A stretch of 59,875 bases of DNA, the filler included. It is 3 parts of 3 records of this genome, joined end to end, with 100 filler letters (N's around TTAATTAATTAA, not from the genome) between each part and the next. Parts side by side here need not be neighbours in the genome. Positions count along the whole stretch, not along the records: positions 1 to 29,391 come from SRR20825019_181; 2 more parts are not named here. One strand, written 5' to 3'. How positions within the stretch are numbered: position 1 is the stretch's first letter; each line of letters opens with the position of its first letter. Below the pieces are notes generated by a model. That model saw only the letters and a program-made list of their open reading frames with translations. It made no database searches and was not told the DNA's origin. The translations under genes and the position numbers were made by a program. Below are positions 1 to 11,473 of the stretch, in pieces.

Positions 1-27
1 CTCCTCCTCCTCCTCCTCCTCCTCCTC
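1..27. repeat. (CTC)n microsatellite encoding poly-Glu on the minus strand
   Basis: CTCCTCCTC... run at the start of the window. Confidence 0.9.
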
Positions 28-1095
28 GTCTTCTTCAATAATTGTCCCACTCACTCCCTCTGCACAACGTTCAGTATAGAGGTACTTACAATGAGAAGGC
101 ATACTTACCAGTGATCGGATCACGAGTCGATGACTCTAGTGTGAAGTGTGGTTCTGCTTCAGGAGTTTCATCTTCACTTTTCTCTTCTTTCTTAGGTTCA
201 GGTGCCATTATAATCGGCAGGGCCTTGTGCAAGTCTTCCATACCGGCGCTGATACCAGCAGCCGGAGTGCTTTCCTCGCTTTCTATATGTGTAGACGAGT
301 CCTCAGCTACTTCAGTCGCCTCATCACTCTTGCTTGCAGCATATTCCGCCATCTGTTTCGCATGCTCCTCAGCGAGCTCTTGATCTCCAACAGACACCAT
401 TTCTGTCACTCCTCGAATAGCCGCGGCATATTGTTGCGCGGCTTCCATGTTTGAGCTCGTAGTCTCCTCCGAATTCTGGTTTGCGGGGGCACTGTCTTTG
501 TAATCAAACTCGTCGTCATCGTCCTCGTCGTCTACTCTACGCGCTGTTGCCTGTTCTGCCTTCTTCTCAGGCTTGTAGTGAAATACATTGTCCGTGAGCT
601 GCCAGATAGTAAGTTACTCTGCAGTATAAATAATGCAACTACAGACACTCACAGTAAGAGGGTCAATCATGCGGCTCTTATCAACAGAGGGCTTATGTAT
701 GGGCTGCTGGGAGTTGGCCCCTCCAAATACACTCACACTTACTGGTTGTAGTCCATATCAACAAGAGCGCCCAGCTCGGAATGCACACCACCTACCATCA
801 CTTCGAATGTTATTAAGTTTGTCCAATCCGTCAAACGACTCAAAAAACGACAGATGCTGCCCTGACGACCTGAATGGGAGTTTAGTTTATAGTATTAGTG
901 ACCAACCGGGCGCTAGTACTCTGAAGCTTCTTCCGGGGTAACTTCAGGTGTGGAAATAGGAAGGTCACTGAAGGTTTTGTCCAGACCTGAAACTTCAGTT
1001 CCGTCAAGTTCTCTCTGCTTGATCTCCTCCTCGGTATCGCGAACAGCGGCCTCCATCGCGGCGGCCAGTGGGTTGAGCTCAGCCATGGCAGGCAT
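1..1095 (-). CDS. Acidic low-complexity hypothetical protein, multi-exon, 3' end truncated by the window edge
   Basis: ATG at 1095 (or 1086). GT-AG introns at about 870-919, 742-796, 599-652 and 60-108 join ORFs 913..1134 and 86..448 into one frame that ends in poly-Glu (CTC repeats at 1-27). Confidence 0.6.
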
Positions 1096-1269
1096 GCCAC
1101 AAGCAACAACCACCTTACCCGTCTTGGGACGCAAATGTCAGAGATGGTATACTTGTATTCCTCTCACCGTTGTGCTGCCGCGGTTTTTCCGGGCCACTCT
1201 GGGTGACACCATAACGGAATCGCTCAGAAATCACCAACGGAATGTAGACACCCCGTCAGAATGCTCAGG

Positions 1270-1740
1270 GGTCGTGGCGAGAGACATGCCGGCCCGGCCA
1301 GCACAGCACCACTGTAGTCATGCCGGCCACCAGGGCCCACGTCGACTGGTAGTGACGGCACTGAGCAGAAGGCTGAGGTCCGCGGAGTGCCGGCAATGCC
1401 GGTCACGTGCCTCGAAGTGCTGGGGGCCAGAGTGCACTCCTCACGACTGATTGCCAGTGGGCCCGGCCAGACTGAGTGAGCCAGGGCCGGTGCGCCGGGA
1501 CGGCCGACCCGAGTCAAACCGCCGCGGGCCAGGTCGGGCGAGGTCGGGAGTCCGGGACCGCGGGCGGCCCGGCGGTGCGAGGCCGTGGCCCCGCGTGCCT
1601 CGGGGGGAATCAACTAGCGATGCCTGCCGAGCGGAGTGATCGGACTGGCGGCCGCCCGACGCCGAGTCCCGTCCGGCCCGCTCAAAATTTCAAAGACTTG
1701 GAACCAGCCGGTCTCCGGCAATGGTCCACGTCCGACTTAA
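1270..1740. promoter_or_regulatory. GC-rich promoter island upstream of the gene starting at 1095
   Basis: Dense CCGG/GGCC, non-coding, immediately 5' of a minus-strand ATG. Confidence 0.55.
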
Positions 1741-1803
1741 TTTAAGAAAACTCTTCGAATCAAGGTTTCCATAGGGAGTTTATTTTTACATCACTCTAGT
1801 CAG

Positions 1804-4204
1804 TCATCGCCGAGCCTTCTTCCCCATTAAGTTTTGGGGATTTGTCAGCAGAGGGCGCGACCAGTGACTGCTTACTCGAGTACCACAGTTGGGGGCGTTC
1901 GACGGAACACCTCCGTCAAACCCAGCACCATTTGTCTCACTGACCGCGGCCTCCGACGCCGTCGCCAGTGAGGTCTCGAACACCACAGGGCCCGGGCTTG
2001 GTCTTGAAGAATAATTGCCCCCTCAATGTGCCTTACTGGACCTGTCGAGTCACTGGCCGCAACCGTTGACCATTGGTCCCTGATGAAGAGATTGCGGAGT
2101 TTTCTCCAATACTGAAGAGGCCGGATTCAACGAACTGCGTGGTGGTCGATGTTTGTTGAGTAGTACTTGAAGGTGATTTGCTGGGAGTTGGTGTGTTCCT
2201 GGCACTAGAAACCTCTCGTCTTATCAATGCCGCCGTAGCCGCCTCCGCCTTAGCCTTTTGTACATCCACTTCCTTTCTAAGGGCCTCCAGCTCGTCACTA
2301 TGCTCCTTTTGGAGCTTCTTTACCTCTTGAGTCATCATCAACGCGAAAGCTTCTGGACCCTGAACCTCCCTTCTTGATTTTTGGAATCTGCTGAGAATAG
2401 ATTCCATTCTATCCAGGTGTTCTTCCTTCTTGGAAATCCTTTCAGCGTCGTCCTCTGCCTTCTTCTTCAAATGACGCGCTTCCTCAACTTCCTTCTCAAC
2501 GTCTTCCCGCTCTTGCTGCAGTTTATCTTTCAAATTGTCCCGCTCCTTACGCAAGATCCTGATATCGGCCGCATGGGTAGCTGTCGTTGCCGCGCTTTCC
2601 GCTCGCAGAGTCTCAACCTCGCCTTTAACTCTAGTGAGCTCCAATTGCAAGTGTCGGCACTGCACACGCTCCTGAGCCAATTCGTCGGCAAGGGCTTCGT
2701 GGCCAATCTTGTCTTCGTTCTGCATCGAGCGTACGATTTTCTCCAATTCATTGGACTTAGCCAAGGTGGCTCGCAACTTCTCTTCATATTCTGCACAGCG
2801 CTGTTGACTGACCTCTAATTTGCGCTCCAACTGCTCAACAGCAAGGCTGTGGGATGTCTCCAATTCAGCTGTCTTTCTTGCATATTTCAATTCCGTATCG
2901 TCTATTGTCTTGTTGAAAACAGTCTTCAATGATTCCTTGATCTCATCTATCTCTCTGGTGTGCCGAGATGTCCATATCTCGGCAACTTCCTTCTCAATTT
3001 CCTTTCTCAAACTTGCAGCATCCGATTTCTCAGACCTCACCTCACTCCGGAATTTACTGTAATCGGCGTGCAATTTCACGAGTTCATTGTTTGCCTTTGT
3101 CATCTCATTCCTTACATTCTCAACTTCCACTACTTTTGCGTCAATCTGCTGAATCAGCGAAGCAATGTGCTCCTCCTGGCCTGCATTAACTGCCTTCTGC
3201 GCCTCGACCTCCTTCTGCGCCTGTTGCAAGTCCTCAGCGGCTTTCTTTGCCGACTCGACCGCGGTGTGGGCCTCCTTTTGGTATTCCGTGACTTGATTCC
3301 ACACCTTCATCAGGCGAAGCCCTAATTCTTCCTTCATGAGCCTCTCCTCTTCTAGACAGCGCCGGAGCTCCGCGACCTCAACAGTATCATTGGGATTTGT
3401 CTCTGCCACTATCTTTCCTATACTCCTATCACTCTCACCTTGACCCCCGATCACGCTGCGCCTGCGCTTGCTCAAGTCCGGCGGTAAAGGAGAGCCATGT
3501 GATGCTTCGATCCCAATGACGCTGCTACGCCTTTTCTCTGGTGACGGTGGGGCCACAGGATCCTGTTGTTGGCCATACCCATTCAGAAGGGCAAGACCAT
3601 ACGGAGTGATATTAGGTGCGCTGTCTTTAACCTGCTCAATCTTCCGGCTCGGCAAAGCGGCTAGAAACTTACGCGCCCCCTCGACTACTTTGCTTACTCT
3701 GGAGTCCCCAGTCGGGGATAACATCCCGCTCTCAACCGCTTTCTGCTTCAGTTCGGCGTTTTCCCTCTCGAAGTCGTCGACTTGGGCCTCAAGGAAGGTG
3801 ACCCTCTCTGTCTCATGCTCAAGCTCTTTACGGAATTTTTCCTTCTCAAGTAGCGCAAACTCCTTCTCCTTGTGTTGTTCCGAGAGAAGATCCCTAACTT
3901 TGTGCAAGTCACTCAGAAGCCCATGCTTCTCCGCAAAACTTGTGAGGGCTTTCGGAATCAACTTTTCGGCCCATAGTTTCACGCTGTCTGATTCCTTCAA
4001 GTTTTCTTTGCCCCGTGGTTTCGGCTTTGGAGGGATATTGGCACCTGATGCTTTTCGCTTCCGCAGTATGTCCGGGTCGCGGGTCAGCGTCAGCGAGTCC
4101 CGACGCCTGTGGCCTCCACCCTCAGATATCTTTGGAAGTTTCTCGGTGTCAGCGACTGCGTGACCACCCTTCAGTGGCACGCTCGCTGGCCGAGGTTGCA
4201 CCAT
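1804..4204 (-). CDS. Long coiled-coil protein of unknown function
   Basis: ORF 2033..4216 with E/K/Q/L heptads. Probable short intron near 2003-2036 leads to a last exon ending at 1804. Extra 5' exons between 4250 and 4515 are possible. Confidence 0.7.
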
Positions 4205-5181
4205 AACAGACACCAAATGAAAACTATCTGCCCTCGCACAGCTAGTGTATCGTTAGGAAACATATATGTAAGCCCAAGTTCCGCGCCCCTTTGCACATTA
4301 GAAGTTGTAAACTCTCGCTGGCTAACTCGCAGTCGCGTAGAATGCCAAGTTTACTCGTGGCGTGCGCCTTTGCCCTGCGCTCTTCATGTCATCATTGGTT
4401 AGAGATAGACCCTGAAACCCAAACATCACTCCGGTCTCTGCTGTAAGCCGCTCTACATCTCGTCAAGAAGGTGCCACCACCAGCAGGCCGTGGCTTGACA
4501 CTCGGTCAGCCATGTTTTTCGGCGCGCTGACTGGGAAATGAACTCCGGATGATTCACCAGAAGTCTGAGGAGGAACGTCAGCAGCCACCCTGGAATGATG
4601 ATGGTCGATCGGGCCTGATTTCACTCGTGGCTCCCGTTTTGTGAGCACGCCGGCCTGCGCGCGAATCGTGCAGCAGACTGCCTGGCTAGCAGTTCAACCG
4701 GAGGACTCCATGTGGGAACTTTCATGACGAGATTCAGTTTCTATTTTGTAGTCCAAAACACCAAAGAAAGTCATACGTTTAATCGAGATAATTCGTTACG
4801 TATGTTTTTTCGTATTAGGTGGATATTCGTTATTTTAACGAGTGGGTGTACGATAATGCTGGTCGTCCAATGCCCGATGACCGAAAAGACCACCCGAATT
4901 CGGGTCAACCTGCTGTTCGCATGGCGAGTTAGTCCCCTCTCTGTCAAGGCTGGTGCCGGTGCTCGGCCCCAACACCTAACCCCTTCTCAGCAAGCCATGT
5001 TGGCTCGATGCCTCTCTAGTCGCACACCAGACACGCCATGGCCGCCGGAGTCTCCGAGCTCAGGAAGTTATCCAGCAGTATGTCGCAGCACCGCACCGCC
5101 GGGCTCCCCGCGCGTGTCCTCACGGTGTAAATATATGCGCTTGCCTCCTCTCATAGGAAGTACGCCACAAGTCAAGCCAAA

Positions 5182-5975
5182 ATGGTCAAGTTGTAAGTAA
5201 CCTGTCTTGTGCGCTGGGTGTAGGGAGCGTGGTGGACAAATTGTTTGGGGTCAGGATGCGGGTTCATGGCGTTCGCCGTGTGGGCAGTTTGATCATGCAA
5301 GAGGGGGTGATTTACTTTTGCTTGCGGGGTCATGTTGTCTGGTGGCGTCAGGCATTTCATCCATTTAGACCACTTGGTGCCCTTGCTCCTTGTTGGTTAA
5401 GTCGGGTGGGGCGGGAAGGGGTGCGAGACTAGATGGGTGTATGCAGTGGAGTAAGTTGCGAATAGTTTCTAAGAGTGGTGTTACAGTTTGAAGCCTGGCA
5501 AGGTTGTGATCCTTCTCAACGGTCGCTTCGCTGGTCGCAAGGCCGTGATTGTAAAGAACTACGACGAGGGTCGCAAGGAGGGACCCCACTACGGTCATGC
5601 CGTCGTGGCTGGTATCAAGCGTTACCCGCTTAAGGTGACTGGGGACATGAGCAAGAAGAAGGTTGCCAAGCGCACCCGCGTGAAGCCCTTCCTCAAGGTC
5701 GCCAACTACACCCACCTCATGCCCACCCGTTACACTCTTGATGCCGACCTCAAGGGTGTCGTGACTGCTGACGCCGTCGCCAACACCACCTCCCGTAAGA
5801 ATGCTAAGACTGAGCTTTCCAAGTTCTTCGCCGAGAGGTAATATACTTGTCAGAATTATGTTGTGTAGAGAAATCTGGTTTTGGTGTGAATATCGGTTTG
5901 AATGGTGGCTGATTTCGTAATGTTAGGTACAAGCAGGGCAAGAACAAGTGGTTCTTCACCAAGCTCCGTTTCTAA
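5182..5975 (+). CDS. RPL27: 60S ribosomal protein L27 (eL27)
   Basis: Exons 5182-5192, 5487-5837 and 5927-5975 give [26 protein letters not shown]...RYKQGKNKWFFTKLRF*, with GT-AG introns of 294 and 89 nt. Confidence 0.97.
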
Positions 5976-6095
5976 ACGCCTTGTCAATCGAAGAAAACGA
6001 CCATTTTCATTAAATTCGGCTTGTCTAGGTATCACCCCAAAAGATGGAGTTAGGTTTACATAGGTCTATGAGTTCTTGGAGGGAAGGTTTGGCTG

Positions 6096-7752
6096 CTATT
6101 TGGGGTGCTCTCCTGTAATAATGTCACGCAAGTAGTTCTTGTTTTCATCCTCTGCACGTCTTAATGCCTTGTCAAAGGCTGACATTTCCTTAATAGTGTC
6201 CTGCAAAAGTACATCCAGTTGTGAAGTCCTTGAGGATTGGGATGTCTGAACTGACTCTTCCTTGTTGCCGCTACTGCTCCTCCGTGCACTCAGTTCTGGT
6301 GATGCACCCGAAGCGTGTGAAGTCTCGAGCGAAGATGCCCTATCTCTCCTGGGAATGTTCGATTCCTTGCCTGCTTCAGGAGTCATATTCATCTGTTCCC
6401 CAGGCACGGATGTACCGCTGGTAGCTCGTATTGGACTACGTACTCGAGTCCCTGATATCGGAGATACCACACCTCCCAATTCCCCAGAGATAACTTTTGC
6501 CCATGCAGCACAAAGTCTACCATTATTCTCGCGAAGGGTTAGTACTTCACTCATCAATGATTCCATTTCGTTTTGGTGGTCGGACTTCAATTCTTCCATT
6601 CGCAGCACCAAATCTTTCAGAGTGGAGTGAGTGCCCTCCACTGCTAGGCGTATGTTCGTATTCTCCATTTCAGACTTGCGCAGACGATTGGCCAGTGATT
6701 GTCGATCCTCCACTTCGTCCTGCAACTTCTCCAGGGTCGACATTAAGCGCCGATTCTCTTCGCGGAGCAAGTCATTCTCTTCCTTGAGCTTGGATGCGCT
6801 AGCATTGCCATGTTCCGGTGATGTTTGAGTCGACAATGACTCCATCATCAAAGCACTAGGAGCTTTCGTCGCCCGATTCTCAGATGCATCCAATACATTC
6901 TGTGAACTCTGGCCAGATACATTCTCACTTCGTAACATTACCTGTCGTGGAGGGGAAGGGCTCGCAGACATTAAGCGGGAAGCATCAAGGCGACTAACAC
7001 GAGTTAAGAATTCCTTTGACGACAATGATTTCCCACTCTCGCTCTCGTCTGTTCTAGTGTTGCTGACCTCCTCAATACTCTCAACTTCTTCCGTCTGTAT
7101 ATCAACTGTCCTTTGCCCGAGTTTTTTGCTCCCTCTTTCCACCACCTCCTTTTCGTAGTGTGCGGCGAGAGACATTGGGGCGAGAGGCATTGGACTCCGG
7201 TTTAACGGCACGTGCATTGCCGCAGATACTTCAGCCGATCGGTACTTCTCAACTAGTCTGTTCAATACATCCTCGCGGCCTCTTGCCTGATCTAGTTGGG
7301 ATTGTAGGCCCCTCACCGCTACATCTCGGCTTGTAACATATCCAGCGAACAACCCGTCTACTGATGACGAATCTTCTTTCTTTCCACCATGGAAAGTCAT
7401 TTCACTCGCTGGAACAGTCAAATCAGGTATAGAGCCACTTAACCTTGGCTTGTCATCTGGGTTCGTAGTGCCATGCTCCTGAGGCCTGCTGGCAAGTCCT
7501 CGCTTCGAGGCTTTCGCGGCGTGAGCAAGAGCTTGATAAGATGATTTTGAGCTTCTAGCAGAGGTTCGAGACGTGGTCGGCGACCGAGAAACTTCACGTG
7601 GAGAGGTTTTCCACGCATAAGTCTTTCGTAATTCATTTGCCCTTGATAAGTCTACTATCGGAACAGATGAGGGAGGGGGTCCGCTCTGGGAGACTTTCAG
7701 CAAATGTTAACGACACAAAGTCACCTGCCGTACCCTCAGTTCGCGAAGACAT
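6096..7752 (-). CDS. Ser-rich coiled-coil hypothetical protein
   Basis: 535-aa ORF 6096..7703. A small first exon ATG TCT TCG CGA ACT GAG G at 7752 splices in frame (GTACGG...GAAAG). Confidence 0.7.
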
Positions 7753-7959
7753 GCAGCGCACTCAGGTTGGAGAACTGGTCGACGAATATGTCAGGCCACC
7801 TCTAGCAAATGAGAAACAGGGCCATACCTGTGGAGCGGACCACTGCCTTACACCTTGGGCACCGTTGCAGTAAGGTAAATGGCATTGATGACCCCTCCGC
7901 CTTCATGGACTCTTTTGAATAGAAATGCTATCTATAGATGGAGCGATGTGAGGGTGATA

Positions 7960-8330
7960 TATGTTTCGTGGCGACCGCGTGCGCCGAACCCGGAGTTCCG
8001 GCGAGTGTCCACTGGCTCGGCCCGGCGGGTGGGGATGGGGGCGGCCGACTTCGACTGACTGACTGACGTCCGGCTCCCCCGGGACTATGACGGGCACCCC
8101 ACGCGGCCGCGCAGCCCGCCCGGACCGGTCGGGCTAAGCTGACCGGACCGGACGGCAGTGGGCGGGACCCTCGCGCGGCCAAGCGGAGCCGGGCCCCGGG
8201 GCCCGCGGCCGGCCGCCCGGCGGCCGCCGGGCCCCCCGGGCGCGCGACAGGCTGCCTGAGTCACCCGCCGCGGCCGCCCGGGCCGCCTACGGGGCCGTCC
8301 GGCTCATCAACTGATACTGACTGAGTGATC
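7960..8330. promoter_or_regulatory. GC-rich promoter island with (GACT)n and TGAGTCA motifs
   Basis: Near-pure G/C stretches, GACTGACTGACTGAC at 8053-8067, TGAGTCA at 8257-8263. Confidence 0.55.
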
Positions 8331-8663
8331 GGCGGTTTCACTCCTTGAAGCGAAGCGAATGACGGAGCCTGCCGGGGGAAGGCTCACCACGGTTGAGCCG
8401 GGTTGGAGGTGATCGAACGGGAAACAGTCGCGGACCGGCCACTGGTGACTGATGAACATATGATCACAGTACGGTATTCAAGTCAGTGCTTTTTATATCC
8501 GTTTGCCTGCGGACACCAACTTGGCTCCATCGGACATCTGGACTATCCCTGACTGCACTGATCAACATCACGACAAAGTCCCCGACTCGTGAAGGCAGGC
8601 AGAAGCTGCAACCGAAACGATGCAATAACCTCAAATTCTAGTAGCTGACAGACAGTGGAAGTA

Positions 8664-10475
8664 TCAGTCCATTTCACCACTGAAACGTTGCAACCGTCTC
8701 TTCCTCAATTCCTCTTCTTCGGGTGTCTCAACCCGCTGGCTCACAGTTTGGGGTGTTAGTGTACTCGCGGCTGGTGTATTTGATAAGGGGGAGGACTCCT
8801 GTGCGTTCGTGGTCTTGGCATCACTCGTCTGCTGTTGCATCGGAGATGGGGCCATGCCTTGCGCATTTGCAGCATACATCTGTTGCATTTGCAAAACCTG
8901 CAACTGCACCATCTCCATCTGCAGCTGATTCTGCGCCTTCACCATATCCAAGTATGAGCGCATGCTGGCATCAACCTCATCCTCTGTCATTCCAGGCAGC
9001 GGGGTCGGAATGGGCGCCATCATTGGTCCCCATCCACCCATCATTGGCATACCCATCCCTGGCATTCCTCCCATCTGCAATATTTCAGTTTCACAACAAG
9101 CAGTATCCCGCATTGTACATACCTGCATGGGCATAGGGCTTGTCGGGCTGAGCGCAAACATAGAGCCACCGGCTGTGGACGCAGGTGTGGCCACGTCAGG
9201 GGTACTCGGCATGGCAGGATGCAAAGGGGTGTTGTAGGGTTGTGGTGTCTGCAGGGTGCTGGTGCCTTGCAGCGGTGTATTGTACGCTTGGGTAGAGGGC
9301 ATATTGGCTGCTACAGGAGTCGCCGGGGCCTGCTCAGAGGTAGGCACCCGTGGCTGTTCACCCGAATCGGAGTTAGTATTGCTCCCTTGTACATTTGGTC
9401 TCGCTGAGCCACCACCATTCGAAGCACCTGCGCTAGGTGTAGGGGCCGGAGCAGGCCGAGAGGGTGTCCTTGGAGGGGCACGAATATCTGTTCTGCATGT
9501 TGGACAACTTTTTTGTCTCTCCATCCACGAACGTAAACACGTAAAGTGGAATAGGTGATTGCAAGCCAGCTTCTTCGCAACAGTCATCTCTTCCCTGCAA
9601 ATAACACACTCGTTCCCATATTGCTCAATCTCCTCAGGTGTGGCATCAGGAAACCGCTCATTCATGTTCCTTGTTGTCCGCCGATACCTCACGAAAACAG
9701 CGACCCGCTCGCGGAATGTCCTAAATGTCATCCAGATATCCCGCACAATATGCAAAGGCAGACCGTAATTTGTGTAAATCATCACAAAGAACACCATGTA
9801 AACAAGTAACTGGAACAAATCCGTCACAAGCTCCAGGTAGAAAGTCCACATTCCCTTATTCTCCCAGCCATCCATGGTATGGTCTATCATGTGCAATGCA
9901 TACTTCACGTAAAGCGAAAGAATGGTTGACGCCAAGATCAAGTACTCAAACGCAAACAACGTCAGTACCGAAGTCCCTCTCGTAATTGTGTCGAGCCCAG
10001 CGATATACAGGAAGGTGCAGTCTCCAGCTAACAGTAGCAGCATGAGGAAGAGTATCCGGAAGTGAACGCACTTGTTCACTTGAGGAGACTGTTCAATAAA
10101 ATCAATCCGGTCGCTGCAAAGCCAATGGAATACTTTCAAGCACAAGAAGGAGGCGAACATAGCCACAAATTGAGTATTGAACTCCTCCCGAAAAATTGTC
10201 ATGGCCAGACAGATTTCTGTAATAGCATACCACGCGCGGTCATAAAGATTATCAACTTCAACATCGCGCAGACGACCCAAGAATAGAGCCCGGACCATTC
10301 GACAAAAAATGAGCAAAAGCGCGAGACCTTGGTTCCACATAGTCATCACACCAATTTTTGAGTTAACCAAATACACAATGGCTGGGTAATAGTGCTTTCT
10401 AGTGTAGAAGGCATGAACAACGACCGTTGCTGTCAGGGCAACCGTGAGGCTGACGTACCCTACAAAGGATACCAT
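8664..10475 (-). CDS. HRD1: ERAD E3 ubiquitin ligase HRD1/synoviolin
   Basis: N-terminal TM region (W..ITE.CLAMTIFREEF, LKVFHWL..DR), RING-H2 CVICREEM...C.HLFH..CLRSWMERQKSCPTCR, Pro-rich tail, C-terminal LRKRRLQRF VCP-binding-like motif. In-frame 48-nt intron at 9075-9122. Confidence 0.95.
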   Translation of the reverse strand: MVSFVGYVSLTVALTATVVVHAFYTRKHYYPAIVYLVNSKIGVMTMWNQGLALLLIFCRMVRALFLGRLRDVEVDNLYDRAWYAITEICLAMTIFREEFNTQFVAMFASFLCLKVFHWLCSDRIDFIEQSPQVNKCVHFRILFLMLLLLAGDCTFLYIAGLDTITRGTSVLTLFAFEYLILASTILSLYVKYALHMIDHTMDGWENKGMWTFYLELVTDLFQLLVYMVFFVMIYTNYGLPLHIVRDIWMTFRTFRERVAVFVRYRRTTRNMNERFPDATPEEIEQYGNECVICREEMTVAKKLACNHLFHFTCLRSWMERQKSCPTCRTDIRAPPRTPSRPAPAPTPSAGASNGGGSARPNVQGSNTNSDSGEQPRVPTSEQAPATPVAANMPSTQAYNTPLQGTSTLQTPQPYNTPLHPAMPSTPDVATPASTAGGSMFALSPTSPMPMQVCTMRDTACCETEILQMGGMPGMGMPMMGGWGPMMAPIPTPLPGMTEDEVDASMRSYLDMVKAQNQLQMEMVQLQVLQMQQMYAANAQGMAPSPMQQQTSDAKTTNAQESSPLSNTPAASTLTPQTVSQRVETPEEEELRKRRLQRFSGEMD

Positions 10476-10599
10476 GGTTTCCGACAGCGCGCCTCCCTGT
10501 TCCTTTGAGTGAGATGTGTTGTGTGGCCATATATATACTGTGTGAAAAGAGGTGTTTTGGCAGAAAGGAGTAGCCACGATTTGAGACAGCTTGGGCGGG

Positions 10600-11230
10600 G
10601 CAGTTGGAATGGGCGGGTGCCCCACCGCCCAGGGTTACGCTGGGTGCTGCACACTCCCCCGCGATGCGGCTCAGTGCCCGGCGCGCGGCGGTCAGTGCTG
10701 GCCGGATAAGTAGCGGGCGGGGGCGCGGCTCTCGGCCGCGGCCGCGCTCGCCCGGTGGGAGCCTTGGCGGGGCTCAGTCCAACGGCCGCCGCCGTACGCG
10801 TCTGGCCCTGGACGGTGGGGGCAGAGGCCCCTGGATCAACTGAGTCGATGAGTGAAGGCCCGAGGGCCATGGTTCGGCCATACCAAAACTTAGTCTTTTG
10901 TTGACAGATGTAACAATTGTTATATTGAGATAATGCGTTGTAAAGGCGATTGGTCCCCAACATCGGCGTGCCTAAAAAAAACACGCCCGCCGCGGGCCGG
11001 GCGTGGTGACGAGCCCTTAGCCGCAGGCTACGGCGGGCTCACTGACGTTGACGGGGGCGGCCCGGCCAGGCGACACCCGCGCCGGCGCCCGGCCTCGCGC
11101 CGGCGCCGCCGACCGGGACGAGGACGCCCGGCAGGGCGCCGAGCCTGAATCACACTTGCGGCCCCGCCATTGGCAGTCAGTCATGCCGGCGGCAGCAGGG
11201 CGGATCATATCGTCGCCACAGGCTGGACCC
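10600..11230. promoter_or_regulatory. Bidirectional GC-rich promoter island between HRD1 and AsnRS
   Basis: Two GC blocks flank an AT-rich core (10880-10980) between divergent ATGs. CAGTCAGTCA at 11174-11183. Confidence 0.6.
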
Positions 11231-11473
11231 ATGCAGTCAGCAACTTACGAGAGAGCATACGAGACCAAGACGCTGTATTCTCCCAGTCGTCGTCCCGATC
11301 TGACTGGAGTGTCAACGCCGCTTGCAAACAGTCATCATGCCTTTTCCAAGAGCTTATCGTCCCTCTTGATTCTGGGAATCCTCCTGTTCGAACTGTCGGC
11401 TGACACGAGGTTTCTAGGATTTGCTAATTATAATTAGTGCCAATACCGAAGGAATTCTTTTTGTATTAAAAAC

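Noticed and set aside
8360-8440. Possible tRNA/SINE or Pol III RNA (alternative stems GAGCCT/AGGCTC and GGCTCA/TGAGCC, GTTCGATC on the minus strand)
   Set aside because: No cloverleaf, convincing A box or poly-T terminator, and 6-bp stems are expected by chance.
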